Source of the DNA: Bdellovibrionales bacterium
GTDB lineage: Bacteria > Bdellovibrionota > Bdellovibrionia > Bdellovibrionales > JAUICD01
Length of the DNA stretch: 64,000 nt
NCBI GenBank assembly: GCA_965203275.1
Contig: OZ241865.1
Location: 1,824,001 to 1,888,000, forward strand
Direction: 5' to 3'
The notes under the pieces are model-generated. The model did no database searches and was not told the origin of the DNA. It saw only the letters and a program-made list of their open reading frames with translations. The translations under genes and the position numbers were made by a program. Each line of letters opens with the position of its first letter. Positions within the stretch are counted from its first letter, which is position 1. Positions 43,892-52,855 of this stretch are shown here, one piece after another.

Positions 43892-46567
43892 ATGCCTTCT
43901 TCAAATAACAATTTATCTTCTCAATACAACGCTCAAGCTATTGAAGAAAAAATATATCACTTTTGGGAAGCTCAAGATTTTTTTAGCTGTAATGATAATG
44001 AAAGTCCTTCGTTTTGCATTATGCTCCCTCCTCCTAATGTCACAGGCTCTCTCCACTTAGGTCATGCCCTTGATCATACTATTCAAGATGTTCTGATCCG
44101 ATGGAAAAGAATGAATGGTATCAACACCCTTTGGCAACCAGGTTTAGATCATGCAGGTATTGCCACTCAAAGTGTTGTAGAAAAACATCTACAAAAACAA
44201 GGTATTAAAAAAGATATCAGTCGTGAAGATTTTCTCAAGCATGCATGGTCTTGGAAAGAAAAATATAGCCAAAGAATCATCCATCAAATGAAAAAGCTTG
44301 GAGATTCTTGTGATTGGAAAAGAAATCGTTTTACCTTAGATAAAGGTTTTTCACAAGCTGTTAAAAAAGCATTTGTTCATCTGTACAATGAAGGGTTTAT
44401 TTATCGGGGGCAAAGGTTAGTTAATTGGGACTTAAAACTAAAGTCAGCTGTTTCTGATTTAGAGGTAGAACATCAACAACAAAATGGATTTTTATGGTAT
44501 ATCAAATATGTACTCGAAGATCAAAAGGAATACCTAACTATTGCTACTACAAGACCAGAGACTCTATTAGGTGACACAGCTCTTGCTGTACATCCTCAAG
44601 ATGAAAGGTATAAAAAGTATATAGGTCAAAAAGCCCTACACCCTATCCTTGACAGGAAGATCATCATCTTAGGAGATGAGTTTGTCGATCCAGAATTTGG
44701 ATCGGGTGTTGTCAAAATCACACCAGCCCATGATTTTAAAGATTATGATGTAGGTAAAAGACATAACCTAGACTTTATTAATATACTTGAAACCAATGGC
44801 TTATTGAATGCCAATGCAGGTCTTTATCAAGGACTTACCCTACCTCAGGCCAGGGAAAAAATACTCAACGATTTAACTGAAAAAAAAATGCTTATAAAAC
44901 AAGAGTCTTATCAAGTCACTGTTCCTGTGAGCCAACGTTCAGGTGAAATTATCGAACCTCTTCTTTCTCAACAATGGTTTGTAAAAAGCTCTTTAATGGC
45001 AGATAAAGCCAAAGAAGTGATTGAAACAAAAGCTATTTGTTTTGAACCAGAGCTTTGGACAAGCACTTACCTACATTGGATGAACCATCTTCAGGATTGG
45101 TGTATTTCGCGTCAACTATGGTGGGGACATCAAATCCCTGCATGGTTTTGCAAAGATTGTGATCAAATTTCTGTCTCTGAAACCCATATCAATAAATGCC
45201 AGCACTGTTTATCAGAAAACATTAACCAAGAGGAGGATGTTTTAGATACGTGGTTTAGCTCTGCCCTTTGGCCTTTTGGCACACTTGGATGGCCAGAACA
45301 AACACCTGCTTTCAAAACTTTTTACCCTACAGATGTGTTGGTCACAGGGCATGATATTATTTTCTTTTGGGTGAGCCGTATGGTTATGGCTGGCCTCCAT
45401 CATGTTCAAGAAATACCTTTTAGAAAGGTTTATATCCACGGTATTGTGAGGGATAACAAAGGTAAAAAAATGTCTAAGTCACTTGGAAATACTTTAGACC
45501 CTATTGAACTCATTGAAAAATATGGGGCGGATGCTTTACGTTTAACACTTATGTCACAGGTTGCTGGTGGAAGAGATTTAAAATTCTCTACAAAAAACTT
45601 AGAAAGTTATAGAAATTTTCTAAATAAGCTTTGGAATGCAGCCCGTTTTACTCTTTCTCTTTTAACAAATAGCTCTCAAAAAGATTTGCCTGATAGGCCT
45701 CACACCACAACGCTCCCTGATCGGTGGATTATTTATAAACTAGGTTTATTAGAAAGTGCTGTTAATACAAAATTAGAACACTTTAAATTTTCAGAAGTGA
45801 CCTTATTGCTTTATGATTTTGTGTGGCATGATTTTTGTGATTGGTATTTAGAATTAATAAAACCTATTGTTTATCAGAAAGACAATGCTCAAAAAGCTGA
45901 TGTGTTGTGTGTGCTTTTGACAGTTTTGAATCGTATTTGTAGATTATTACATCCATTGATTCCCTTTGTCACAGAAGAAATCTACCAAAAACTTCCTATT
46001 AAAAATCAAGCTTGTATTATTGATAGCTTCCCTCAGGTGACCAGTGATAGAAAATTCTTAAGTTTAGGTTCAAAGGAGGATGCTTTTAAGATGGACTTCA
46101 TCAAAAAAATAATCACTGCGATTAGAAATATTCGAGGAGAAAATAATATCCCTCATCATAAGAAACTAAAAGTAGAGCTTGTGACAAAAAATATTCAAAA
46201 CAAGGATATGCTTGAAATGCATAAGTCTTTTATTTTAAATCTTGCTGGAGTTGAAGATTGTAAGATCACTTCTGATGCTCTTGATTTATCAGAGACAGCT
46301 GTGGCTCTTGTACAACATGGTCAGAGTAAGATTCAAGTCATTGTGTTTTTAGTAGGAGTAGTTGACTTTAAAGAAGAATCTAAGAGATTAAAAAAGAATA
46401 TAAATAAAATTCAAATGGAGATACAAAAACTCAAAGCATTACTTGAAAATTCTAGCTTTGTAGATAAAGCTCCTCAAAAGGTCGTAGAGCAAAGCAAAAA
46501 AAAGCTTAATGATTTAGAAGATAAAAAAAACAAACTGGAAAACAATTTATTGAATTTAAAGGTATAA
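43892..46567 (+). CDS. valS: Valine--tRNA ligase
   Basis: PPPNVTGSLHLGH, DWCISRQLWWGH, KMSKS, C-terminal coiled coil. Confidence 0.98.
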   Translation: MPSSNNNLSSQYNAQAIEEKIYHFWEAQDFFSCNDNESPSFCIMLPPPNVTGSLHLGHALDHTIQDVLIRWKRMNGINTLWQPGLDHAGIATQSVVEKHLQKQGIKKDISREDFLKHAWSWKEKYSQRIIHQMKKLGDSCDWKRNRFTLDKGFSQAVKKAFVHLYNEGFIYRGQRLVNWDLKLKSAVSDLEVEHQQQNGFLWYIKYVLEDQKEYLTIATTRPETLLGDTALAVHPQDERYKKYIGQKALHPILDRKIIILGDEFVDPEFGSGVVKITPAHDFKDYDVGKRHNLDFINILETNGLLNANAGLYQGLTLPQAREKILNDLTEKKMLIKQESYQVTVPVSQRSGEIIEPLLSQQWFVKSSLMADKAKEVIETKAICFEPELWTSTYLHWMNHLQDWCISRQLWWGHQIPAWFCKDCDQISVSETHINKCQHCLSENINQEEDVLDTWFSSALWPFGTLGWPEQTPAFKTFYPTDVLVTGHDIIFFWVSRMVMAGLHHVQEIPFRKVYIHGIVRDNKGKKMSKSLGNTLDPIELIEKYGADALRLTLMSQVAGGRDLKFSTKNLESYRNFLNKLWNAARFTLSLLTNSSQKDLPDRPHTTTLPDRWIIYKLGLLESAVNTKLEHFKFSEVTLLLYDFVWHDFCDWYLELIKPIVYQKDNAQKADVLCVLLTVLNRICRLLHPLIPFVTEEIYQKLPIKNQACIIDSFPQVTSDRKFLSLGSKEDAFKMDFIKKIITAIRNIRGENNIPHHKKLKVELVTKNIQNKDMLEMHKSFILNLAGVEDCKITSDALDLSETAVALVQHGQSKIQVIVFLVGVVDFKEESKRLKKNINKIQMEIQKLKALLENSSFVDKAPQKVVEQSKKKLNDLEDKKNKLENNLLNLKV

Positions 46568-47286
46568 TATATTTCATAAGTCTGTTAAAATTTAATAATA
46601 CCGCATCAAAGTCAGAATCGACAAAACACGCTTCGAATACATTACAAAAAGAGTGGATCAATTGGTATAATTGCTTTTTAAGAAAAAAATAAATTAAAAC
46701 TTTAGGAAAAAATAAAAAATATACGGCACGTGGCACAGCCGGGTAGCGTACATGCTTGGGGTGCATGAGGCCCCATTGACTTTGATGCTCTTAATATAAA
46801 ACTTATGCCTGACTTTTTAAAGGTATAATATATTTCATAAGTCTGTTGAAAATTAACAATACCGCATCAAAGTCAGAATCGACACAACACGCTTTAAATA
46901 CATTACAAAAAGAGTGATCAGTTGATATGATTTCTTTTTAAGAAGAAAATAAATAAAACTTTTTATAAAATAAAAAATATACGGCACGTGGCGCAGCCGG
47001 GTAGCGTACATGCTTGGGGTGCATGAGGCCCCATTGACTTTGATGCTCTTAATATAAAACTTATGCCTGACTTTTTAAAGGTATAATATATTTCATAAGT
47101 CTGTTGAAAATTAACAATACCGCATCAAAGTCAGAATCGACACAACACGCTTTAAATACATTACAAAAAGAGTGATCAGTTGATATGATTTCTTTTTAAG
47201 AAGAAAATAAATAAAACTTTTTATAAAATAAAAAATATACGGCACGTGGCGCAGCCGGGTAGCGTACATGCTTGGGGTGCATGAGG
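46555..47286 (+). repeat. 258-bp tandem triplication containing two 5'-half tRNA-Pro copies (46724-46770, 46982-47028)
   Basis: cggcacgtgg at 46724, 46982 and 47240. Confidence 0.92.
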
Positions 47287-47316
47287 TCGCTGGTTCAAAT
47301 CCAGTCGTGCCGACCA
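47240..47316 (+). tRNA. tRNA-Pro (GGG)
   Basis: CGGCACG acceptor stem, CATGC-TTGGGGT-GCATG anticodon arm, GGTTCAAATCC, encoded CCA. Confidence 0.95.
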
Positions 47317-47340
47317 ACATAACCTCAAAAGGAAATAAAA

Positions 47341-49164
47341 ATGCAAACATTTTATAAAAATTTATACATTATATTTTTCATAGGATGGCTATGTGCCTTA
47401 TATACCCACCCCACCTATGCTAATAACCCTAGTGTATCTGCCTCTGTAGATAAAGATAAGGTCCAGTTGAATCAATACCTGTCTTACTTAATCACTGTTG
47501 AATCTCAAGATTCAGTCAATGTATCTGAGCCAAGACTGCCAGCTGTTGAAGGATTAGAATTCTTTTCGCGTAGTCAGAGCAGTCAATTTTTTACATCTTT
47601 GATGAATGGAACAATGCAAAGCACCCGTCGTCAAATACTCACCTATAGATTCAAAGTTACAAAAGTAGGCCAGCTGACGATCCCTTCCACAGAAGTATAT
47701 ATAGACAATACACCTTATGAAACCAATCCTGTTACAATTACAGTGCAGGAAGAGCCTGTCACACAGCAACCACAAAATAAAAGAAGATCTCTTTTTGACT
47801 TTGATGAAGCTGACGATTTATTCTCACAATTTTTTGGAACACCACGAAATACAACGCCTAACGAAGATCTTACGGATGCCTTTTTTATACAAGTAGAAAC
47901 TGATAAAAAAGAAGTTTATGTAGGGGAACAAATTATGGTTTCTTGGTACTTATATACAAAACATCATATTGCTGATATCAATACTCTCAAATACCCCTTA
48001 CTTCAAGGGTTTTGGAAGGAGGATATCCACACAGCTAATCGCCTGGCCTTCACGCAAGAGATACATGAGGGTGTGATATATAAAAAAGCACTCCTTGCAA
48101 GATACGCTCTATTCCCTATCAATGCAGGCAGATCATATATAGATTCTTATGAAGTGCAATGTGAAGTTGTCCCTGCTTTTGGTTTTAATAGGTTTTCCTT
48201 TTCTAGAGGCAAAACATATCAAAATAAAAGTAATGAAATAGCAATTCAAATAAAGCCCTTACCTATTGAAAATCAACCTGAAGGATTTTCTGGAGCAGTA
48301 GGACAGTATAACTTAATACTTCAAAAACCTAAAACAACAGAAATGAAAGTCAATGAGCCTTTTAGTTACACCCTCAAGTTTGAAGGAAAAGGTAATGCAA
48401 AACGTATTCAGTTACCTGCATTTAATTTACCAGAAGGACTTGAAAGCTATGACACAAAAACCACATCTAAATACCTTCAAAACGGTCATGGTTATAAAGA
48501 ATTTGAAATGTTATTAATCCCTCGCAAGCCTGGTGAAATTTCTATTCCTCCTATCAGGTTTAGTTATTTTGATCCCCAACAGGAAACCTATATTCAAAAA
48601 GAAATTCCTTCTTGGCAAATTAATGTTTTACCAAGCCTAACTTCTACAAAAACTTCTCACACATTTAAGCAAGAAATCAAAACTACAAATATAGAAGATA
48701 TACTCAATCAACCAGAAGTTGTGATATCTATGCCTTTGCTCTCTCAAGAAACAAAAAAAATATTATGGATTATTGTTTATATAGGACTCTTTTTTATTTT
48801 AATAGTTAAAGCTCTGTGGAGTTTTGGCTTAATGAATAAAAAGCAACCACAGGTTACATTTGAAGAACGTTGGAAGGTCATCTATGAATTAGAATCTCAA
48901 AAACAATTTCGTCAACTGGGGCGTAATGTATTACAGCTTGTGAGTGATAGATTAACTCAAATCTCTACAAAAAAAGATGTCACCATCGAGGAACTTTTAG
49001 ATAATACCCCTTTGCGTATTCAAAAGAAACTCAAAAAACCTTTAATTGAATTACTGATTCATTTTGAAGCCCTTGCATTTGCTTCTGAAGATGCTATCAA
49101 ACAAATAGATCAACAGCAAATTCACAAAGACCTCAACAAACTAAAACAAGTGTTGTTTCACTAA
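47341..49164 (+). CDS. BatD family protein
   Basis: Signal peptide, VSASVDK, VYVGEQI, FSGAVGQY, GKGN, FSYFDP, one TM. Confidence 0.85.
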   Translation: MQTFYKNLYIIFFIGWLCALYTHPTYANNPSVSASVDKDKVQLNQYLSYLITVESQDSVNVSEPRLPAVEGLEFFSRSQSSQFFTSLMNGTMQSTRRQILTYRFKVTKVGQLTIPSTEVYIDNTPYETNPVTITVQEEPVTQQPQNKRRSLFDFDEADDLFSQFFGTPRNTTPNEDLTDAFFIQVETDKKEVYVGEQIMVSWYLYTKHHIADINTLKYPLLQGFWKEDIHTANRLAFTQEIHEGVIYKKALLARYALFPINAGRSYIDSYEVQCEVVPAFGFNRFSFSRGKTYQNKSNEIAIQIKPLPIENQPEGFSGAVGQYNLILQKPKTTEMKVNEPFSYTLKFEGKGNAKRIQLPAFNLPEGLESYDTKTTSKYLQNGHGYKEFEMLLIPRKPGEISIPPIRFSYFDPQQETYIQKEIPSWQINVLPSLTSTKTSHTFKQEIKTTNIEDILNQPEVVISMPLLSQETKKILWIIVYIGLFFILIVKALWSFGLMNKKQPQVTFEERWKVIYELESQKQFRQLGRNVLQLVSDRLTQISTKKDVTIEELLDNTPLRIQKKLKKPLIELLIHFEALAFASEDAIKQIDQQQIHKDLNKLKQVLFH

Positions 49165-50190
49165 AAGTGGTCTATTTCACTCAAAGTGAACTGACCTCTG
49201 GTCACTTTCTGGTTGCCAGCCGAAGGCTACCGCCTTCTCAAATGCTGGCAACCTAGAAAGCCTGTTCACTTTGAGTAAGAAGGATCTCTTCATTTCTTTA
49301 CTCCATGTTAAGGAAAAAGTTCCTTCTTACGCCTTGAATGTTGCCTGCAATGGCTTTCGCCATTGGCAAAATGGTCATCACCTAAAAAATCCGCTCATTT
49401 TGAGTAGGGAGGATCCTCTCGTCTCTTCACTACATGTTAAGGAAACAAGCTATCCGCTTCATCCCTGCCTGACTGCCGGATCCCAGATCCCGGATCCCGG
49501 AAAAGATCAAATTTGACTTTAAGTATTTTTACACAGTTTATATAAAAAAGCTCCTAATTTATCTGCTTGTTTTGCTAATTCCATGTAGCCACTAAATTCC
49601 AAGTCTAGTATTGCCTGAACTGTTTTTCACTAAAAGTAAACTAGCCTCTGGCCACTTTTGGATGATGACCACGACGACTGTCGTCGTCGATAAAATGGTC
49701 ATCACCTCAAAAATCCGTTTACTTTTAGTAGGGAGGATCCCTTCGTCTCTTGACCACATGTTAAGGAAAAAGAGTTTCATTTGTAAGCCCGCTTGCTCCC
49801 CAAAGCAAGCGAAGGTTGAGGACTTCGGAAGCCTGCACCCGCATTCCACTCATAAAAAACATACAAATGAAGAAGCAGAATCGAAGGGTGGCGGGTGGGG
49901 TTAGGGAGTTCGTTGGTTCACTCAAAGTGAACTGACCTCTGGTCACTTTTAGTAGAGAGAATCTCCTCGTCTCTTAACTACATGTTAAGGAAAAAAAAGT
50001 TCTTTCTGATGCCGGGTTCCCGGATCACGGATCCCGGGATCCGGGATCTGATGGCGGGTTGCCAGATTCCAGATCCCGGGATCCGGGATCTGATGGCGGG
50101 TTGCCAGATTCCAGATCCCGGGATCCGGGATCTGATGGCGGGTTGCCAGATTCCAGATCCCGGATAAACAAAATGTTAGGGAAACAAGAT
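49153..50190 (-). repeat. Cluster of family A copies, family B, heptamers and a 42-bp tandem repeat
   Basis: A at ~49176-49320, ~49345-49448, ~49622-49772; B at ~49780-49910; gatctgatggcgggttgccagattccagatcccgg x3 at ~50046-50164. Confidence 0.85.
49519..49620 (-). pseudogene. 3' fragment of a four-helix-bundle paralog
   Basis: Encodes VQAILDLEFSGYMELAKQADKLGAFLYKLCKNT*. Confidence 0.85.
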
Positions 50191-51997
50191 GTTTATTTTC
50201 TTTTTTCCATAAAGCACCACTACCGCGTCCTTGAGCTTCATATCCATTTTCCTTTAGTCTGTTGCGAATTGTCATATCCGAAATGTTATCAAACTCTGTT
50301 ATTCCAGCGTCCTTTATTTGCTTGAAAGTTAAACCTTCCGGATGATCTGCAAAGAGAGCTTCTAACTTGCGACTAATTATTGTCTTTTCTTCATCTTTTT
50401 TTGTTTGATGGCCTTGCTGATGCCATAAAGCCCACGGACCGTGTCCTTGGACTTCATATCCATTTTCCTTTAGTCTTCTTTTAATTGTCATATCTGAAAT
50501 GTTACTAAACTCTGTTATTCCAGCGTCCTTTATTTGCTTGAAAGTTAAACCTTCCGGATGATTTGCAAAGAGATCTTCTAACTTGCGACTAATTATTGCT
50601 TTTTCTTCATCTTTTTTTGTTTGATGGCCTTGCTGATGATTCCATAAAGCACCTGCACGTCCTTGAGCTTCATATCCATTTTCCTTTAGTCTTCTATTAA
50701 TTGTCATATCTGAAATGTTAGCAAACTCTGATATTCCAGCGTCCTTTATCTGCTTGAAAGTTAAACCTTCCGGATGATTTGCAAAGAGATCTTCTAGCTT
50801 ACGAGTAATTATTGCCTTTTTTTCATCTTGTCTTGTTTGATGATTCCATAAAGCACCCGGACCGAGTCCTTGAGCTTCATATCCATTTTCCTTTAGTCTG
50901 TTGTAAATTATATAATCTGAAATGTTAGCAAACTCTGGTATTCCAGCCTTTATCTGCTTGAAAGTTAAACCTTCCGGATGATTTGCAAAGAGATCTTCTA
51001 GCTTACGAGTAATTATTGCCTTTTTTTCATCTTGTCTTGTTTGATGATTCCATAAAGCACCCGGACCGAGTCCTTGAGCTTCATATCCATTTTCCTTTAG
51101 TCTGTTGCGAATTGTCCCATCCGAAATGTTATCAAACTCTGTTATTCCAGCGTCCTTTATTTGCTTGAAAGTTAAACCTTCCGGATGATCTGCAAAGAGA
51201 GTTTCTAGTTTAAGAGTAATTATTTCTTTTTCTTCTTGAGATTGAAGGTAATGGTTTCTCTTTGATATGCTTAATAAAGTTTGTCTGGCTTGTTCAATCT
51301 TATGAAACAAATCTTCTTTTATTTTTATGGGAGGTTTATTTAAAAGCTCTGATAAAAAATAGCTCATACCAGTATCCACACTAAAAGTTGCTAAAAAGAA
51401 ATGTTCTGGAAATATAGAGATAAAAAAAGTTTTATTATCTGAATTATTCCGCATATATCTAATCTCTTCCTCTTTCTCTTGAACAGCTCTTTCAAAGAAT
51501 GCAATTGCACTTTCATCATACATAAGGTTAGGTACAGAAGATATATCCCCTAAATGAAGGATGAGCAGATCATTATACTTAAATAAGAGGGAGTCACGAG
51601 GCTGAATATCTAACTGACTTAAAAGAAATTCTTGAACTTCTCTTAAAATATTTAGTTCTTTCAAAATAAGACCTAAGGCATTAAAAGTAGGAGTGTCATC
51701 TATAATATCTGTATCATTCAAGTAATTGAGTTTTTCGTTTGAAGACTCTACTCTTGTCAAAGTTGCCAGAAGAATATGTTTTGTATTCACTGTTTGAGAC
51801 CCAGAAACATAAGCTATTAACGAAGCTCGAGATAACATATATCGAGAGTTGGGAGCAAGCTCTCTTAAAGTTCTCTCGTCAAGTTGTTGTTTGTCCATCA
51901 TAAGGCTTTCGGCACAAGCCCATAGAGAACCGCTGGCAGTCAGCAAAATAGTAAAAAATAAGCATAAAAGATATTTTTTCATCATAAGGAAAGCCAT
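49985..51997 (-). CDS. Secreted protein with Clp-N-like region and five ~70-aa wHTH-like repeats; tail read through into repeat DNA
   Basis: Signal peptide; VNTKHILLA and FPEHFFLA; repeat KLEDLFANHPEGLTFKQIK...ISDxTIxxRLKENGYEAQG..GALW. Confidence 0.7.
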   Translation of the reverse strand: MAFLMMKKYLLCLFFTILLTASGSLWACAESLMMDKQQLDERTLRELAPNSRYMLSRASLIAYVSGSQTVNTKHILLATLTRVESSNEKLNYLNDTDIIDDTPTFNALGLILKELNILREVQEFLLSQLDIQPRDSLLFKYNDLLILHLGDISSVPNLMYDESAIAFFERAVQEKEEEIRYMRNNSDNKTFFISIFPEHFFLATFSVDTGMSYFLSELLNKPPIKIKEDLFHKIEQARQTLLSISKRNHYLQSQEEKEIITLKLETLFADHPEGLTFKQIKDAGITEFDNISDGTIRNRLKENGYEAQGLGPGALWNHQTRQDEKKAIITRKLEDLFANHPEGLTFKQIKAGIPEFANISDYIIYNRLKENGYEAQGLGPGALWNHQTRQDEKKAIITRKLEDLFANHPEGLTFKQIKDAGISEFANISDMTINRRLKENGYEAQGRAGALWNHQQGHQTKKDEEKAIISRKLEDLFANHPEGLTFKQIKDAGITEFSNISDMTIKRRLKENGYEVQGHGPWALWHQQGHQTKKDEEKTIISRKLEALFADHPEGLTFKQIKDAGITEFDNISDMTIRNRLKENGYEAQGRGSGALWKKENKHLVSLTFCLSGIWNLATRHQIPDPGIWNLATRHQIPDPGIWNLATRHQIPDPGIRDPGTRHQKELFFP

Positions 51998-52031
51998 ATT
52001 ATAGGATTTACTTCTTTATAGCAAGTATTTT

Positions 52032-52685
52032 TTTTCACTCAAAATGCATCATGCCTCTGGTTCACTAAAAGTAAACCAACCTCTGGTTGCTTTTGGATAG
52101 CCAGCCCGACGACTTTCGTCGTCGATCAAAGGCTGGCTACCTCAAAAGTCCGTTTACTTTTAGTAGGGAGGATCCTCTCGTCTCTTTACACGATGTTAAG
52201 GGTTTGTCTCACTAAAAGTAAACTGACCTCTGGTCACTTTTGGGTAGCCAGCCCGACGGCTACCGCCGTCGATCAAAGGCTGGCAACCTCAAAAGTCCGT
52301 TTACTTTTAGTAAAGAGGATCCCTTCGTTTTTTTAACACGATGTTAGGGAAAAAGTTCAGTTTTAGGACCTGATGCCGGGTTGCCGGATCCCAGATCCCG
52401 GATAAACATCATGTTAAGGAAAAAGTTCCTTTATCGCAAACTGCTTGCTCTTGAGGTAATAAAAGAAATTTTCCTTAACATGATGTAAAAGAATAAAAGG
52501 ATCCTCCCCTACTCAAAATGAGTGGATTTTTTAGGTGTTGCCTATTTTGTCAAAGGCGAAAGCCTTTGCAGGCAACACCAAAAAACACACCAGAGGTGTG
52601 GCTCATTTTGAGTGAAATGTTAAGGAAAAAGTTCAGTTTTAGGACCTGATGCCGGGTTGCCGGATCCCAGATCCCGGGTAAACAC
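52032..52685. repeat. Cluster of family A copies (two reverse, one forward) with heptamers
   Basis: Copies at ~52061-52201, ~52204-52356 and ~52468-52618. Confidence 0.88.
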
Positions 52686-52855
52686 AATGACAGCTAGTTC
52701 AATTGGAAACAACATCTTTATTGACTTAGTATAACAGTTATCATAAAGTCTAACATCATCTCTTGTAAGACAGTCGTTATAAAAAATAACATTAAAAATG
52801 AATGGGGTCAAACATCTTGACCAATTAAGCTTGTTATATATTAGAGAGAGGCAAA

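Noticed and set aside
28803..52811. Short ORFs inside repeat clusters (e.g. 14454, 28803, 29196, 36307, 40767, 41607, 49271, 49611, 50059)
   Set aside because: They are translations of non-coding palindromic or heptamer repeats.
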